A stretch of DNA of 64,000 bases from a virus: the IMG/VR virus record IMGVR_UViG_3300044846_005229, positions 143,986-207,985 of that record. One strand, written 5' to 3'. The notes beneath the pieces are model-generated. The model was not told the DNA's origin and did no database searches. It saw nothing but the letters and a program-made list of their open reading frames with translations. Both the position numbers and the translations under genes were made by a program. Positions 45,605 to 55,277 of the stretch are shown one piece after another. Each line of letters opens with the position of its first letter. Position 1 is the first letter of the stretch.

Positions 45605-46069
45605 TTAAAACGTTACGACCCTGAAGGGCCTTACACTAAATTTAAAAAGTTTAGGGACAACATCATCATAATTTTGGCGGACATTCACTGCATGTGCGTC
45701 CAAGAAACTAAATTCAGATGAACTCCAATAGCGGTGGTTGCCACCGAAGAACTGAGGAATTTGTTTGTGTGCCAGGAGCAGAAGATCTTTTGACGGAATG
45801 AACCATTCTGGATCGAATTTTCTGTCCCACTCGTTCTCGTCCCAGACCCTACTCATTATGGTACCCCAATCAGACTCAAACTCTTTTTCCTTGGAGCAAA
45901 CGACAATAGCGTGATTGTCACCCTTAACCAAGACGATGCTTCCATCTTCAAGTACGTCCCCTACGCAAGCATCGGAAACTTTTTTGTAGTTGCGTAGGTC
46001 TTGCCTTAAGGTTTCTAGATGTCTCTCGGCTTCTTGAATTTTTTGAGTGATGCCAGTCAAACGATCCAT
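45605..46069 (-). CDS. hypothetical protein (154 aa)
   Basis: ORF track. Confidence 0.55.
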   Translation of the reverse strand: MDRLTGITQKIQEAERHLETLRQDLRNYKKVSDACVGDVLEDGSIVLVKGDNHAIVVCSKEKEFESDWGTIMSRVWDENEWDRKFDPEWFIPSKDLLLLAHKQIPQFFGGNHRYWSSSEFSFLDAHAVNVRQNYDDVVPKLFKFSVRPFRVVTF

Positions 46070-46168
46070 GTTACTGTTTGGGTGATTTTCCTAGGGAAAA
46101 AGATGGGGAGCCAAATGGTTTTAATCTCTACTAAAGCAATGGTCAGCAGTGGCACCATACCACAAAAC

Positions 46169-46498
46169 TCAAGGAAAGGCAATGCGGTAAGACATAATGA
46201 CCCACTTCTGGATTTGGATAATTGCTTCATCTGATAGGGGCTTACCGTACAGTTGATAACTATCACGCTCATATTCCCAAAAGTCAAAACCTTGAGGGGT
46301 GGTATCCCAGTGGAAAGTTTGAGTTAACAGGGACACTTCAAATCCCGTTGGATTATCTAAAATCGACATGAGGGACTCCCTATCGAACCCCTTTGGCAAG
46401 GTGTGAGACAGCTCTTCCGCTCTTTCTGCTTCCGTTGCCACCTTAAGTTCGCTCTCAAGTTGGGCGATTTGAAGCTTGATTTGTTCTGATTTTTTCAT
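46169..46498 (-). CDS. hypothetical protein (109 aa)
   Basis: ORF track. Confidence 0.5.
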   Translation of the reverse strand: MKKSEQIKLQIAQLESELKVATEAERAEELSHTLPKGFDRESLMSILDNPTGFEVSLLTQTFHWDTTPQGFDFWEYERDSYQLYGKPLSDEAIIQIQKWVIMSYRIAFP

Positions 46499-46602
46499 GG
46501 GTCTTTGGGGTTGGTTTCGGCTGGTTGGTTACCAATGATAGTATAGCACAAGGTTAAAACCAAGTCAAGGGGGCCAACCCTAAGGTCAACCCCCCAAAGG
46601 AT

Positions 46603-47433
46603 TCAGACAGCCGCCATTTCCAAGGCTACCCGCATCGCCCGCTGATTGATAGATACACCTTGGCCAAAATTAGCATAGTTAAAACAACCGTCGTTAGTCT
46701 TACGGACTTCGTGACTAGAAAATTCTGTCACGCTATTGAGCGCATCATATAGGGTGTGCCCCTCGTTGCCTTTACCATTATAGAAAAGGTCGTTAAGCCT
46801 CTCAATGTTGCGAATCTTGTCACCCTCCTTCTTATTGTAGGTAGCTTCCATGAAGCGGGTGAATTGTGCCCCGGTGCAAGTGGCATTGGCAATGGTTTCT
46901 ACGTTTTGGGCATAACGTGCCATGTCTTCATTGACGAGATCCATTACCATACTAGACCCAATAACAAGCTCGTTTACGCCCCTATTATGTCGGAATTTTT
47001 GACCAATATCCCTGTAGGCCATGGTGAACGTATTAGCACAGATAACGCGAACTGCTGATGAACCGATAGCCACCGATGCGTTGGCTGTGTGGCCGTTTAG
47101 TAGTGTAATAAAGGCATTGTAATTCTCACCAATAACTTGGAATCCTTGGCTAATGCGAGCCTGGACGAATACCTTAGCCCCGTTCTGAAGGTGCCCCATG
47201 TTTTCCACTGTAAGAATACCTTCTTCCACCAAGGGGCTAACTTTATTTAGAAGGACTTCGTTTTGAACAGATTCGTAGCCCGTGGTAACATACCCGAGGC
47301 GATAATCATTGTCATCACGGTGAACAGCAACCGTGGAAGGATCAACTTCCCACTCCCCTTTGAAATTCATGGATGCGACGGCCCGATTAGAAACGGTCCA
47401 GTCTAGGTTGTCAGTGATGGCGAAAGCAGTCAT
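46603..47433 (-). CDS. DUF932-like (phage/plasmid-related) protein
   Basis: TDNLDWTVS..., LLNGHTANASVAIGSSAVRVICANTFTMAYRD resemble the DUF932 signature (recollection). Confidence 0.45.
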   Translation of the reverse strand: MTAFAITDNLDWTVSNRAVASMNFKGEWEVDPSTVAVHRDDNDYRLGYVTTGYESVQNEVLLNKVSPLVEEGILTVENMGHLQNGAKVFVQARISQGFQVIGENYNAFITLLNGHTANASVAIGSSAVRVICANTFTMAYRDIGQKFRHNRGVNELVIGSSMVMDLVNEDMARYAQNVETIANATCTGAQFTRFMEATYNKKEGDKIRNIERLNDLFYNGKGNEGHTLYDALNSVTEFSSHEVRKTNDGCFNYANFGQGVSINQRAMRVALEMAAV

Positions 47434-47640
47434 GGTTGGTTTCGGCTCGTTGGTTGCGGTTGGGTGGTTACTGGGTTATTCTAGCAGGGTTGGTCCCGGT
47501 TGTCAATGCCTGCCGGGGGGGGTGAAGGCTAACTGGGAACCAATCTCAAGGTAGTTTAGCGTGGTATGGGGTAATTGTCAATGCCTGCTAGGAGCTACGG
47601 GTTAGGGGTCGTGGGGGGTGCTAAGTTAGCGCAAAGTAAA

Positions 47641-48081
47641 TCAACAGTCATAGTCATAACCATAGGCAGAGGAAAACCTATACTCGTCGCCATCTTCCCC
47701 GTCGATTTCATCCTTAAAGCCATACTTGATTGCTGTTGCTTTGAAAAGTGGCAAACCATATTGAGCGTAATTATCATCTGGCCAATCTTCAAGTCCTTCC
47801 TCAAGAACCCAATTCCACATCTTGACGACATTGAACATTAACCCTGAGCTAATCCCACGCTGATTTAGTGCCTTCTCAAAGCCAAAGGCAACATCTTTTT
47901 CAAGCTGTGCAAGAACATTCTCCCGTGTGTACGGAATAGCTTCATGAGTTGCGCCCTCTTGAAGGGTTAATCCAAAGTCCTTAAGCTGCTCTTGTGGGAT
48001 AAACTGGGCAAGTCTATAAATATCGCGTCCGTCGAGGGTTTCCGATTTGTAAAGCTTTTGGACCTGTTCAAGAGTTTTCAT
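47641..48081 (-). CDS. hypothetical protein (146 aa), start moved to MKTLEQVQKL
   Basis: The track N-terminal 71 aa cover the promoter (TTGACA-17-TCAATG at about 48105-48140) and a GC-rich spacer. Confidence 0.5.
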   Translation of the reverse strand: MKTLEQVQKLYKSETLDGRDIYRLAQFIPQEQLKDFGLTLQEGATHEAIPYTRENVLAQLEKDVAFGFEKALNQRGISSGLMFNVVKMWNWVLEEGLEDWPDDNYAQYGLPLFKATAIKYGFKDEIDGEDGDEYRFSSAYGYDYDC

Positions 48082-48221
48082 GGTTGAAGAAATTGGTTGT
48101 AGGGCCATTGAAGCATGGTGCGTCGGGGATGTCAATGCCCCCAGGTGCGATTGTTTGGTGTGCCGCCTAACGGCGCCCAAACCCGGTCGGGGGCTTGCGC
48201 CCCCTCCCGAAAATTCCGGGT

Positions 48222-48998
48222 CTATATCAGGGGGTGGAGCCTGCCATCGTGGCCAAAATACCGGAGCACCTTGGTTTCCACATCGTACAGACAAAGTTTG
48301 GTATCTTCAGGGTCGATTTCGCTATGGGAAGACCCACCCATTTGACCGTCGAGGACGATGTTTTTCTCGCTGATGTAAACATTATGATAATGTCCAGCGA
48401 CCCGGACCCATTCCTTATCATCATCTTCCAGCCACCATGGGAGGCGATCAGACGTAACTTTGCCATCTTCCAGGGTAACCTTATAGAAAGGACCATAAAT
48501 CATGGTATTCAGTTCCTTGCGGGTAATAGCATTGGGCATTACTTGGTGGGTGCCATTATATTTCGGGATGGGCAATCTGCGGGGGAAACAAGCGTGAGCG
48601 CACCGGTATTCGGTCCCTTCCGCATCCCTAAATACAAAGCCATAAGGCATCGAGTCAAGCCAAGGCAATACTTCACCGACTAAGTCAATTCCGCCTCTCT
48701 CAAAGTCATCTAAGGTAGTTCGCAAGTCTTGGAAAACCTTGACCTTGTTTCCCTTGAGGCATCGAACCAGTTTATTTTGGTGATTGCTTTGTAGGATAAT
48801 AGTGCCAGGAATTTCCCTTTGAATTTGCCTCACTGCATGGTAAACTCCGACAGAATCCGAGGTTTCGCACCTTGAATCAAAAAGGTCCCCCAGTAGAATC
48901 GGGGTCAATCCTTCCGACAAGCAGTGCCCTAGGGCCGCTTCCAGGGGGGGCAACTGGGAATGGATGTCACCAATGATGGCGTAACGAATGTGTGTCAT
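48222..48998 (-). CDS. second metallophosphoesterase (IIGDIHSQ ... GDLFDSR ... SNHQ)
   Basis: Metallophosphatase motifs I-III with substitutions; paralogous fold to 38074..38796. Confidence 0.7.
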   Translation of the reverse strand: MTHIRYAIIGDIHSQLPPLEAALGHCLSEGLTPILLGDLFDSRCETSDSVGVYHAVRQIQREIPGTIILQSNHQNKLVRCLKGNKVKVFQDLRTTLDDFERGGIDLVGEVLPWLDSMPYGFVFRDAEGTEYRCAHACFPRRLPIPKYNGTHQVMPNAITRKELNTMIYGPFYKVTLEDGKVTSDRLPWWLEDDDKEWVRVAGHYHNVYISEKNIVLDGQMGGSSHSEIDPEDTKLCLYDVETKVLRYFGHDGRLHPLI

Positions 48999-49152
48999 GG
49001 GCCCATTGTAGCATGTTTGATGGGGGTTGTCTTTCAGGGTATGACTGCCGGGGTATGACTGCCGGGGTCATCACTAGAGAAAGTCTGAGTCGGTACTAGA
49101 TCCCCGTCCTAGCCATTGGGGGGGTATCACTGAGGGCATTATATCCCGTGAT

Positions 49153-49614
49153 TTAATAGTCCCAGTACTCATGGTTTAAAAAGTCTAGTAAAAGTTGGAT
49201 GATATTTCTTTTGCGTTTTTTGCTCTGTGGAGTAAACCTACCAAATTTCTCAAGTTCTTCGACAGATGCTTCCTGAAGCCAATAATGGAAAGAATCCATT
49301 TCCATGGAGCAAATTTCATTGAAGGCTAGGTCGGTGGCTTTCTTTGGGGGTTTGATGGACCGTGCGTAGTGGCTATTTGAATTATAAGTGTCAAAAACGC
49401 TAATTTCTTGAACTGGCTCAACCTTAACTTTTTCTTTCCCTCTTTTTGTAGGTAGAGATTTTAGTTCTAGTTCCTTTTCCAAGGCACCTATGAAGTTATT
49501 ATACTTAATGTTTTCATCAACGCGACTCAAGAAACGACTGTATTCATCGTCCATTTCATCTTCTGATTGGGAATGCTTTCTGAAATAATCAGGATCTATG
49601 ATTGACATTTTCAT
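49153..49614 (-). CDS. hypothetical protein (153 aa), AT-rich
   Basis: ORF track. Confidence 0.5.
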   Translation of the reverse strand: MKMSIIDPDYFRKHSQSEDEMDDEYSRFLSRVDENIKYNNFIGALEKELELKSLPTKRGKEKVKVEPVQEISVFDTYNSNSHYARSIKPPKKATDLAFNEICSMEMDSFHYWLQEASVEELEKFGRFTPQSKKRKRNIIQLLLDFLNHEYWDY

Positions 49615-49867
49615 CTAGTACGGCCTGAACAGCAAGGGAAAGATTATCCATTGGTCGGAAACTCCATCGGGATCAGAACTTGGCAATTATTTCGCCGGAT
49701 AAACATCAGGGGGATACAACTGATTGATTGCGTCTCTAATTAGGAGAGCAGCGCTTTAAGGTTGTGATAGGCATTTTGCTGTGGGGGTTGTTTGGAACTG
49801 TTATCAGTGCCACTCTAGCATGGTTGCTGCTAGGTGTCAACTCTTAACCAAGTTATAAATGTAGTGA

Positions 49868-49980
49868 ATGGGACCAGTAGGATTTGAACCTACACCTCTC
49901 CTTTAACGTAGGAATTTAATTGCTGATGTATCTTTGACAAGATAACTTTCTTTAGCGCTCTGTCGTTGAGCTATGGTCCC
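49868..49980 (-). tRNA. tRNA-like gene with canonical acceptor, D and T arms and a candidate anticodon arm (TTCCT-ACGTTAA-AGGAG, GUU?), interrupted by an about 41-nt insertion between the D and anticodon arms
   Basis: GGGACCA-TA-GCTC-AACGACA-GAGC-G-[CTAAAGAAAGTTATCTTGTCAAAGATACATCAGCAATTAAA]-TTCCTACGTTAAAGGAG-AGGT-GTAGGTTCAAATCCTAC-TGGTCCC-A. The insertion contains its own hairpin TATCTT-GTCA-AAGATA. Confidence 0.5.
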
Positions 49981-50456
49981 TTGTTTGCTTCGCAAATAGC
50001 TTGTTGAAACATGGTTTAGCTAGATAGTTGGTTTTCCGATTTTGAAGGGGATGGTTGCTGAACTATCTACGTTTGCCGAAGGCAAAGTCGAAGAGGCAAG
50101 ATTCGAACTTGCGTATGGCGGTTCCTTTAGCGCATTTGGTGTTGCTGAGCTACCTAAAGCATAACTAGATAGTCCTTTTGCATTACCGCCGCCTTACCAC
50201 TTGGCTACTCTTCGTTTTGGGTGTCTGGGTGTCTTAACCGTTAAAGGTCAACAAGGTGAGTTTTGCTGGATTTGAACCATTCCCCTTTGTTGCCCTGGTG
50301 AACTACCAGGGAAGCTAACTTTATTTAAACAAGATGGTTGGTTTTTCTGTTACAAAGAAAGGTTAGATTGCTGAACCATCTTACGGGATTGCCTTACTTA
50401 CCGCCCATTAACCCTATTTCCATCAGGCGAATACCATACCCACAGAGTCATACCTT

Positions 50457-51929
50457 TCAGTATATACCGCGTCCCGCATCAGGGACAATGGGGGTAATTG
50501 CATTGCCGGTAAGAACTGCGGTCAGGATTGACGGAGAGCAACCGCTAACGAGAGCGGTACCGGAATCATGGACCTTCATCGGGACGTTATCTGAGGAATT
50601 GACATTCCAGAAGATGACATCAGGCAAGCTATAACCAGCTTGGGCATACTTGATTCGAATTGCTTCGTAGTTAGTGACTTTTTTTCCGCTATACCCCCAA
50701 CCAGAACCAGTGCCACCCATGACAACACAGTCATCAAACTGCATGTCTGAGACAATAATCAGTTTGCGGGGCATGTCTGACTCTGGAATGTTGTTCCGAA
50801 CTGCAGTATCCAGAATAAGGTCAAACGTCTTTTGGATGTCAGTGTTACCACCCCAATCTGCTCGGCTCAGGTTTCTAACCTTGCTGGAGAGACTATTGCC
50901 AGTCACAGTTTGTAGGGAGGGGTTACCCGAAAATGTTAGAAACTTGTTTTTCCAGATGCCAGTATTACGCTCTGCGATATACATCGCCAGAGAGATGGAT
51001 ACTGCCATCGGACGACCCTCCATGGAACCGCTAACATCGGCAACAACAAGCCCATTCAATTCCTTGCCTTCCATGTAGTTGGGTAGAGCCTGCCAGAGGA
51101 GTTCAAGAGTATCGTTTGATTCGTTGTTATAGAGACACTTCTCAACGATGTCATACGGGTACAAAGTACCGGCATTGATTTTTGCCTCGCCTTTCTTGAC
51201 TGCATCGAGGTAAGACTGGTAGCGAGCACCATCATGGTTAGCAAAAGCTTTCCGATACATGAAGCCTGCACGAGAAGGCAACTTGCTATACTCAATGGCG
51301 TCCCACTCACGGGCACACATTGGTTGTTCTACGATATTGATTTGGGTGCGAAGCGCAGTCAGGGCCTTGCGGTATTGACGCTCATTCCAACCCATTGCCT
51401 TAGCGATAAGACGGCCAACCCGCTTGGATTCCTTGCTAGAAGCGTTAATGGAAGGTAGCCATTTTGCTAGTAGTGACACTGGGTTTCCAACTTCGGTGTT
51501 CAGGTCAGTATTAAGCTGCGTCTTAATTGCTTCTAGGGCGATGACCCAAACTAGCGTCCCTTCGAGGGCCACAACATCGTCCCAGCGACCGTACTGCGGG
51601 ATCAGGCCTACCAGCTTAGCTCCAATGGTCGCATCATTGCGAACCAGCTCCTTGAAGACTTCCCGGAAGATTTTTCGTTCTCCTTGCCCAATCCCCCTAA
51701 TATCACGTGCCCAAAACAGGATCCGGGTCGCAGTTTCAGGATCTTCGGCATAGGCTGACTTAAAGAGTTTAATGGCTGCATCAACATTATCACGGCAAGC
51801 TGCGATTTTACCGAAAAGGTCTAGGTTCTTTTGGCCCGTGGACCTATAGGCCTTTGCGCCGTTTGCAGTTGTGGTGATATTGGAGTTGGTATCCAGTTGG
51901 TTCTCAAGTGCATTCAAAAAGGTTGTCAT
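50457..51929 (-). CDS. vWA-domain protein with a large N-terminal helical (TROVE/DUF2828-like) domain; Ro60/Rsr-like architecture
   Basis: MIDAS motif VVADVSGSMEG plus downstream vWA strands; N-terminal about 330-aa helical region. Start moved to MTTFLNALEN. Confidence 0.65.
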   Translation of the reverse strand: MTTFLNALENQLDTNSNITTTANGAKAYRSTGQKNLDLFGKIAACRDNVDAAIKLFKSAYAEDPETATRILFWARDIRGIGQGERKIFREVFKELVRNDATIGAKLVGLIPQYGRWDDVVALEGTLVWVIALEAIKTQLNTDLNTEVGNPVSLLAKWLPSINASSKESKRVGRLIAKAMGWNERQYRKALTALRTQINIVEQPMCAREWDAIEYSKLPSRAGFMYRKAFANHDGARYQSYLDAVKKGEAKINAGTLYPYDIVEKCLYNNESNDTLELLWQALPNYMEGKELNGLVVADVSGSMEGRPMAVSISLAMYIAERNTGIWKNKFLTFSGNPSLQTVTGNSLSSKVRNLSRADWGGNTDIQKTFDLILDTAVRNNIPESDMPRKLIIVSDMQFDDCVVMGGTGSGWGYSGKKVTNYEAIRIKYAQAGYSLPDVIFWNVNSSDNVPMKVHDSGTALVSGCSPSILTAVLTGNAITPIVPDAGRGIY

Positions 51930-52079
51930 TTTTCTTCTCTCAAGTTGATTGTTTTGTGTTTGTGTTTCGGATACAAATAATAGCTGTATCAACTTTGCCC
52001 CTAGGAGTTAATTTTAGGGGTGGTGGTGGGGGGCACTGACGGCCCCGATATTGGGCAGTTTGTAACTTAGCTGGGTCAA

Positions 52080-52280
52080 TCAGCGCAGGTTGTCCACACC
52101 GGCAATTTCTCCTTGGAGACGTTCTACGGCTTCACGGGCCATATCTTCCCAGAAGGAAGGATTGAGGGCTAGGTTAATGCCTTTTTCAATCCAATCGGTC
52201 GTCTCTGCGCTGTGGATAGCTTCCCTTCCGGTTTTGGTAAATCGACCTCGGGATTCGTTCCAGATTTGTTCAAAATTCAT
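52080..52280 (-). CDS. hypothetical protein (66 aa), start moved to MNFEQIWNES
   Basis: Promoter gctagtatagcatgg ... gtcaatgcc at 52310-52355. Confidence 0.45.
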   Translation of the reverse strand: MNFEQIWNESRGRFTKTGREAIHSAETTDWIEKGINLALNPSFWEDMAREAVERLQGEIAGVDNLR

Positions 52281-52369
52281 GATTGTTACTAGGGACTCAA
52301 TGTTTAAGCATTCATTGCTAGTATAGCATGGGTGACCCAAAAGTCAATGCCTGCGAGGGAATCCTACGA

Positions 52370-52912
52370 TTAGTACCCTAAATCGGGAGGAGCTTTGCCC
52401 CCAACTACAGCCGGTGAAAACCTAACTACGGTTACCTCCCCCATGTCCCCCAAATCTTCGGCAAACTTGTTCAAGCTAGCGAGAACCCTATCGGGGTTTC
52501 CACCTGCCAAACCACACCCAATCATTGGGAATCCGATTTTAACGGGAATTCTTGTTTCAGGGGGTAAACCCTGGCGACATACCTTAGCATATAACCTATT
52601 GAGAAATGTCTCAAAGGCTTCGTACTCAAATATGTCTTTGCCACGCCCAAATGTAAACTGGGTATAGGCGTTAATAATCGTAAAGCCACAACCATTTGCC
52701 CCCACAACGTCAACTTCGGAAAAGGTCCCGAGTTTATTCCGGGTGCCATACTTTGTCTGTCTATCGGCGATAGCCACCTCTGGCCACCTCTTCACAATTT
52801 GACCGGCGATACCGCTAGCCATCGTATGGAAGCAATTGGCACCATGACAAATAATGTCGAAGTCACCATTGTCTGCCATTGTGAGTAGGTTGTTGTCAAT
52901 AATTGTTAACAT
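52370..52912 (-). CDS. Macro-domain (ADP-ribose-binding/hydrolase) protein
   Basis: DFDIICHGANCFHTMASGIAGQI matches the N.AAN..L.GGGGV.GAI signature, and IGFPMIGCGLAGGNPDRVLASLNKF the C-terminal Macro motif. Confidence 0.7.
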   Translation of the reverse strand: MLTIIDNNLLTMADNGDFDIICHGANCFHTMASGIAGQIVKRWPEVAIADRQTKYGTRNKLGTFSEVDVVGANGCGFTIINAYTQFTFGRGKDIFEYEAFETFLNRLYAKVCRQGLPPETRIPVKIGFPMIGCGLAGGNPDRVLASLNKFAEDLGDMGEVTVVRFSPAVVGGKAPPDLGY

Positions 52913-52965
52913 CCGATTAGGTCCAATTTGGGTGGGGAATTTGTGAGATGGCGATACCCTACCAC

Positions 52966-53793
52966 TCAAAGTGGCGGGTGGTTAAGTTTATTGAGCACAT
53001 ATTCAAGTCTGGTGGGCTTTAGATCAAGGGGGATGTTATCTAAATTACCTGATGCGCCCGTACAATCGCCTTCTACTCCTGTGCAGTCCCCAATTAAGTT
53101 AGAGCAGTCCCCAATTAAGTTAATTACCCTCCCGTATAAACCAGTGCAATTGCCGGTTAGGCCAGAAATAAATCCCCTCAGATTGGAGCAATCACCAAAT
53201 AAATCCGGGTTAATGGTCCCTAAAGCCCCCGATAGGTCACCTGTTAATTTAGGGTTAATCATCCCTTTAACACCACTCAAGTCCCCGGTTAAGTCTTTAT
53301 TAAGAGTACCGGATAAGCGTCCCCATGGGTCAATACCTAAACCCATATTACCGTACAAATTAGAAACATCCCCCTCCAATGATGGCAAGATTCTTCCCCT
53401 AAGATCGGAGTTTATCTCACCTGTCAAATAACTCACATCTCCAATAAGCCTAGGATTGATCGTTCCACTGAGGTTAGAACAATCACCGAAGAGGAAAGGG
53501 CTTAGTTCGTCATAGGAGAGGCTCGGGTTTAACCCCTTTTGTACAGCCCCCTCACCATCTAACCAAAAAAATCTTTCGCTAGATTCAAAGAAGTCATGTA
53601 TCTTGCTTCTCATTTCTAAGATTTCCGGCTCCAGGGGTATTTGAGGGGTTGCTTCAAATAAGGGTACAAGCTTGCCAACCGCTTCATCCCATGCGTAAGG
53701 TGTACGGATATTGTCACCTAGCTTAAACCTGACTTCATTTAAGTCATAATAAAAGTCTAGCAGAACATTAAGATTGTCTTGTAACTGAGTCAT
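52966..53793 (-). CDS. repeat protein with about 14 tandem 11-residue G(D/N).S.L.G.I(N) units (LRR or beta-helix-like); possible fibre or adhesin
   Basis: ORF track; repeats visible at protein and DNA level; start moved to MTQLQDNLNV. Confidence 0.5.
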   Translation of the reverse strand: MTQLQDNLNVLLDFYYDLNEVRFKLGDNIRTPYAWDEAVGKLVPLFEATPQIPLEPEILEMRSKIHDFFESSERFFWLDGEGAVQKGLNPSLSYDELSPFLFGDCSNLSGTINPRLIGDVSYLTGEINSDLRGRILPSLEGDVSNLYGNMGLGIDPWGRLSGTLNKDLTGDLSGVKGMINPKLTGDLSGALGTINPDLFGDCSNLRGFISGLTGNCTGLYGRVINLIGDCSNLIGDCTGVEGDCTGASGNLDNIPLDLKPTRLEYVLNKLNHPPL

Positions 53794-53822
53794 ATGTTGG
53801 GAGTTTGTTGGTTTGTCAATCA

Positions 53823-53895
53823 AGGGGGCAAGGAATCGAACCCCCCCCCCCCCATCAGGCAGCAATACCCTGCGATGCCAACCATCGGTATGCCC
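53823..53895 (-). tRNA. degenerate tRNA-like remnant (T-loop GGTTCGATTCC, partial acceptor), disrupted by a C13/G13 homopolymer
   Basis: Manual inspection; T-stem and acceptor pairing incomplete. Overlapped by the C-terminus of ORF 53855..54097. Confidence 0.3.
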
Positions 53896-54093
53896 CAAGG
53901 CCGGAAGGAGAATCAGGTTCGGATGCTACGAGTTGACGAAGGGTACCAATCTGGGCCTTGCGGTTGCCTTCATAAATCACAAATACTGAAGCAAAACCGG
54001 AAACATCGTTAGTTCCGAAAAAGGCGCCGGGGGCTTGCATGGTGGTACGAATTGGGATGATGTTGTTGGTGGCGGTAGTAGCGGCGGAGGAGG

Positions 54094-54387
54094 TCATTGT
54101 GGGTTGGTAGTTTCTGAAGGGTTGAGAAGTTCAAACTTCAATTCATTGACATCATTAAGGGCACTCATTGCAGATCGAACGTAGGTATTAGAATTAGCCA
54201 ACCCCCAAGTAAGACCAGTGGCAACTTGTTCAATGGAATAACTACAAGCACCGTCTCGGTTAATTGCCCTTTCAGCCTCATCACAAGCTTCACGCATCGT
54301 TTTAATTGATAGGTGCAGATTGCGAATGATCCTTTCTTCTTGTTGTTGAAGTTGCCGCTCAATGATTATTTTGACTTTGGGATCCAT
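54094..54387 (-). CDS. hypothetical protein (97 aa), start moved to MDPKVKIIIE
   Basis: ORF track. Confidence 0.5.
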   Translation of the reverse strand: MDPKVKIIIERQLQQQEERIIRNLHLSIKTMREACDEAERAINRDGACSYSIEQVATGLTWGLANSNTYVRSAMSALNDVNELKFELLNPSETTNPQ

Positions 54388-54483
54388 TTTGATGGGTGTG
54401 TTTTTGAACAGGTGATGTAGTCGCGGGGTCAATACCATTGTAGGGTATGCCCACCCAATAATCAAGGGCGGTAAACCGACCAT

Positions 54484-54588
54484 TGCCCCTGGTTGAGGGT
54501 TCGGAGGAACTTAGCTGTATCCTCAATACATACCATTTAGTTGGATTCCCGATAAATGGCATTTAGTTGGATTCCCGATAAATGCGAT
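54484..54588. repeat. three tandem about 25-bp repeats CATTTAGTTGGATTCCCGATAAATG
   Basis: Seen directly; intergenic between 54589..54984 and 54094..54387. Confidence 0.7.
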
Positions 54589-54984
54589 TTAGCTGGATTC
54601 CCTATATTTGCTCCCGTTTGCTCTAAACTTGCGGCTGAGGCGTTCAAATTCCTTGCGATCCTTTTCATCTTGACTGGCTTTTAGCTTCTTGGCGTTTTCC
54701 CTCTTGATTCTCTCAGCTTCTTGCCATGTGGCTACGCGGGCTTCAAATTCTTCGTCCGTTTCTTCTGCATAGTGCCATGCTGTAAATTCCAAATCGCCGA
54801 TTAGGTAATCGTCACCCCATACCCGTACTAATAAATTAATTTTATCGTGGCCTTCGCTCTTGGCTTGTTGCAGTTTAGAAATGACTTCATCAATGTCGAT
54901 GTCATCACCATAGGTTAACAGATTAGGCAAATCTGTAAATTTGTAAATCTGCGTAAGTTTTTCAGTTGGTTTTTTAGTCATTTT
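54589..54984 (-). CDS. hypothetical protein (131 aa), start moved to MTKKPTEKLT
   Basis: ORF track. Confidence 0.5.
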   Translation of the reverse strand, partial: KMTKKPTEKLTQIYKFTDLPNLLTYGDDIDIDEVISKLQQAKSEGHDKINLLVRVWGDDYLIGDLEFTAWHYAEETDEEFEARVATWQEAERIKRENAKKLKASQDEKDRKEFERLSRKFRANGSKYRESS

Positions 54985-55013
54985 GCTATGGGAGATAGGG
55001 GGGTGGTTATGCT

Positions 55014-55238
55014 TTATTTGACTTTGCGAATGATGAGGGTAACCCCAAAACTGCAGCCGCATCCAATCATTTGATCCGACTCTATGCCCACAAGTTCATA
55101 ATCCGAATCGTCTTCGGGATCATCGGTGCAGACTAGCACATGGGCGGCGAGGCTATGGCTAGCAATCGTCCCATCCGGTTTCATACCAATGTCATCCAGA
55201 ATAAGGGAATATTCTCGGTTAAAGTCTTTTAGTTCCAT
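55014..55238 (-). CDS. hypothetical protein (74 aa; C-terminal CGCSFG), start at MELKDFNREY
   Basis: ORF track. Confidence 0.45.
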   Translation of the reverse strand: MELKDFNREYSLILDDIGMKPDGTIASHSLAAHVLVCTDDPEDDSDYELVGIESDQMIGCGCSFGVTLIIRKVK

Positions 55239-55277
55239 GTTATGTGGTTCAGGTTGAACTAGGCAAAGTCTAAACAA

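Noticed and set aside
49868-49980. Group I or group II intron in the tRNA-like gene
   Set aside because: The 41-nt insertion is far too short for either intron class and lacks P-element or domain V features. It is described only as an unexplained insertion.
53855-54097. 80-aa ORF (MTSSAATTATNN...)
   Set aside because: Its C-terminus is encoded by the degenerate tRNA-like sequence and a C13 tract. The N-terminal part is Thr/Ala low-complexity. Possibly real but unsupported, so not listed as a feature.
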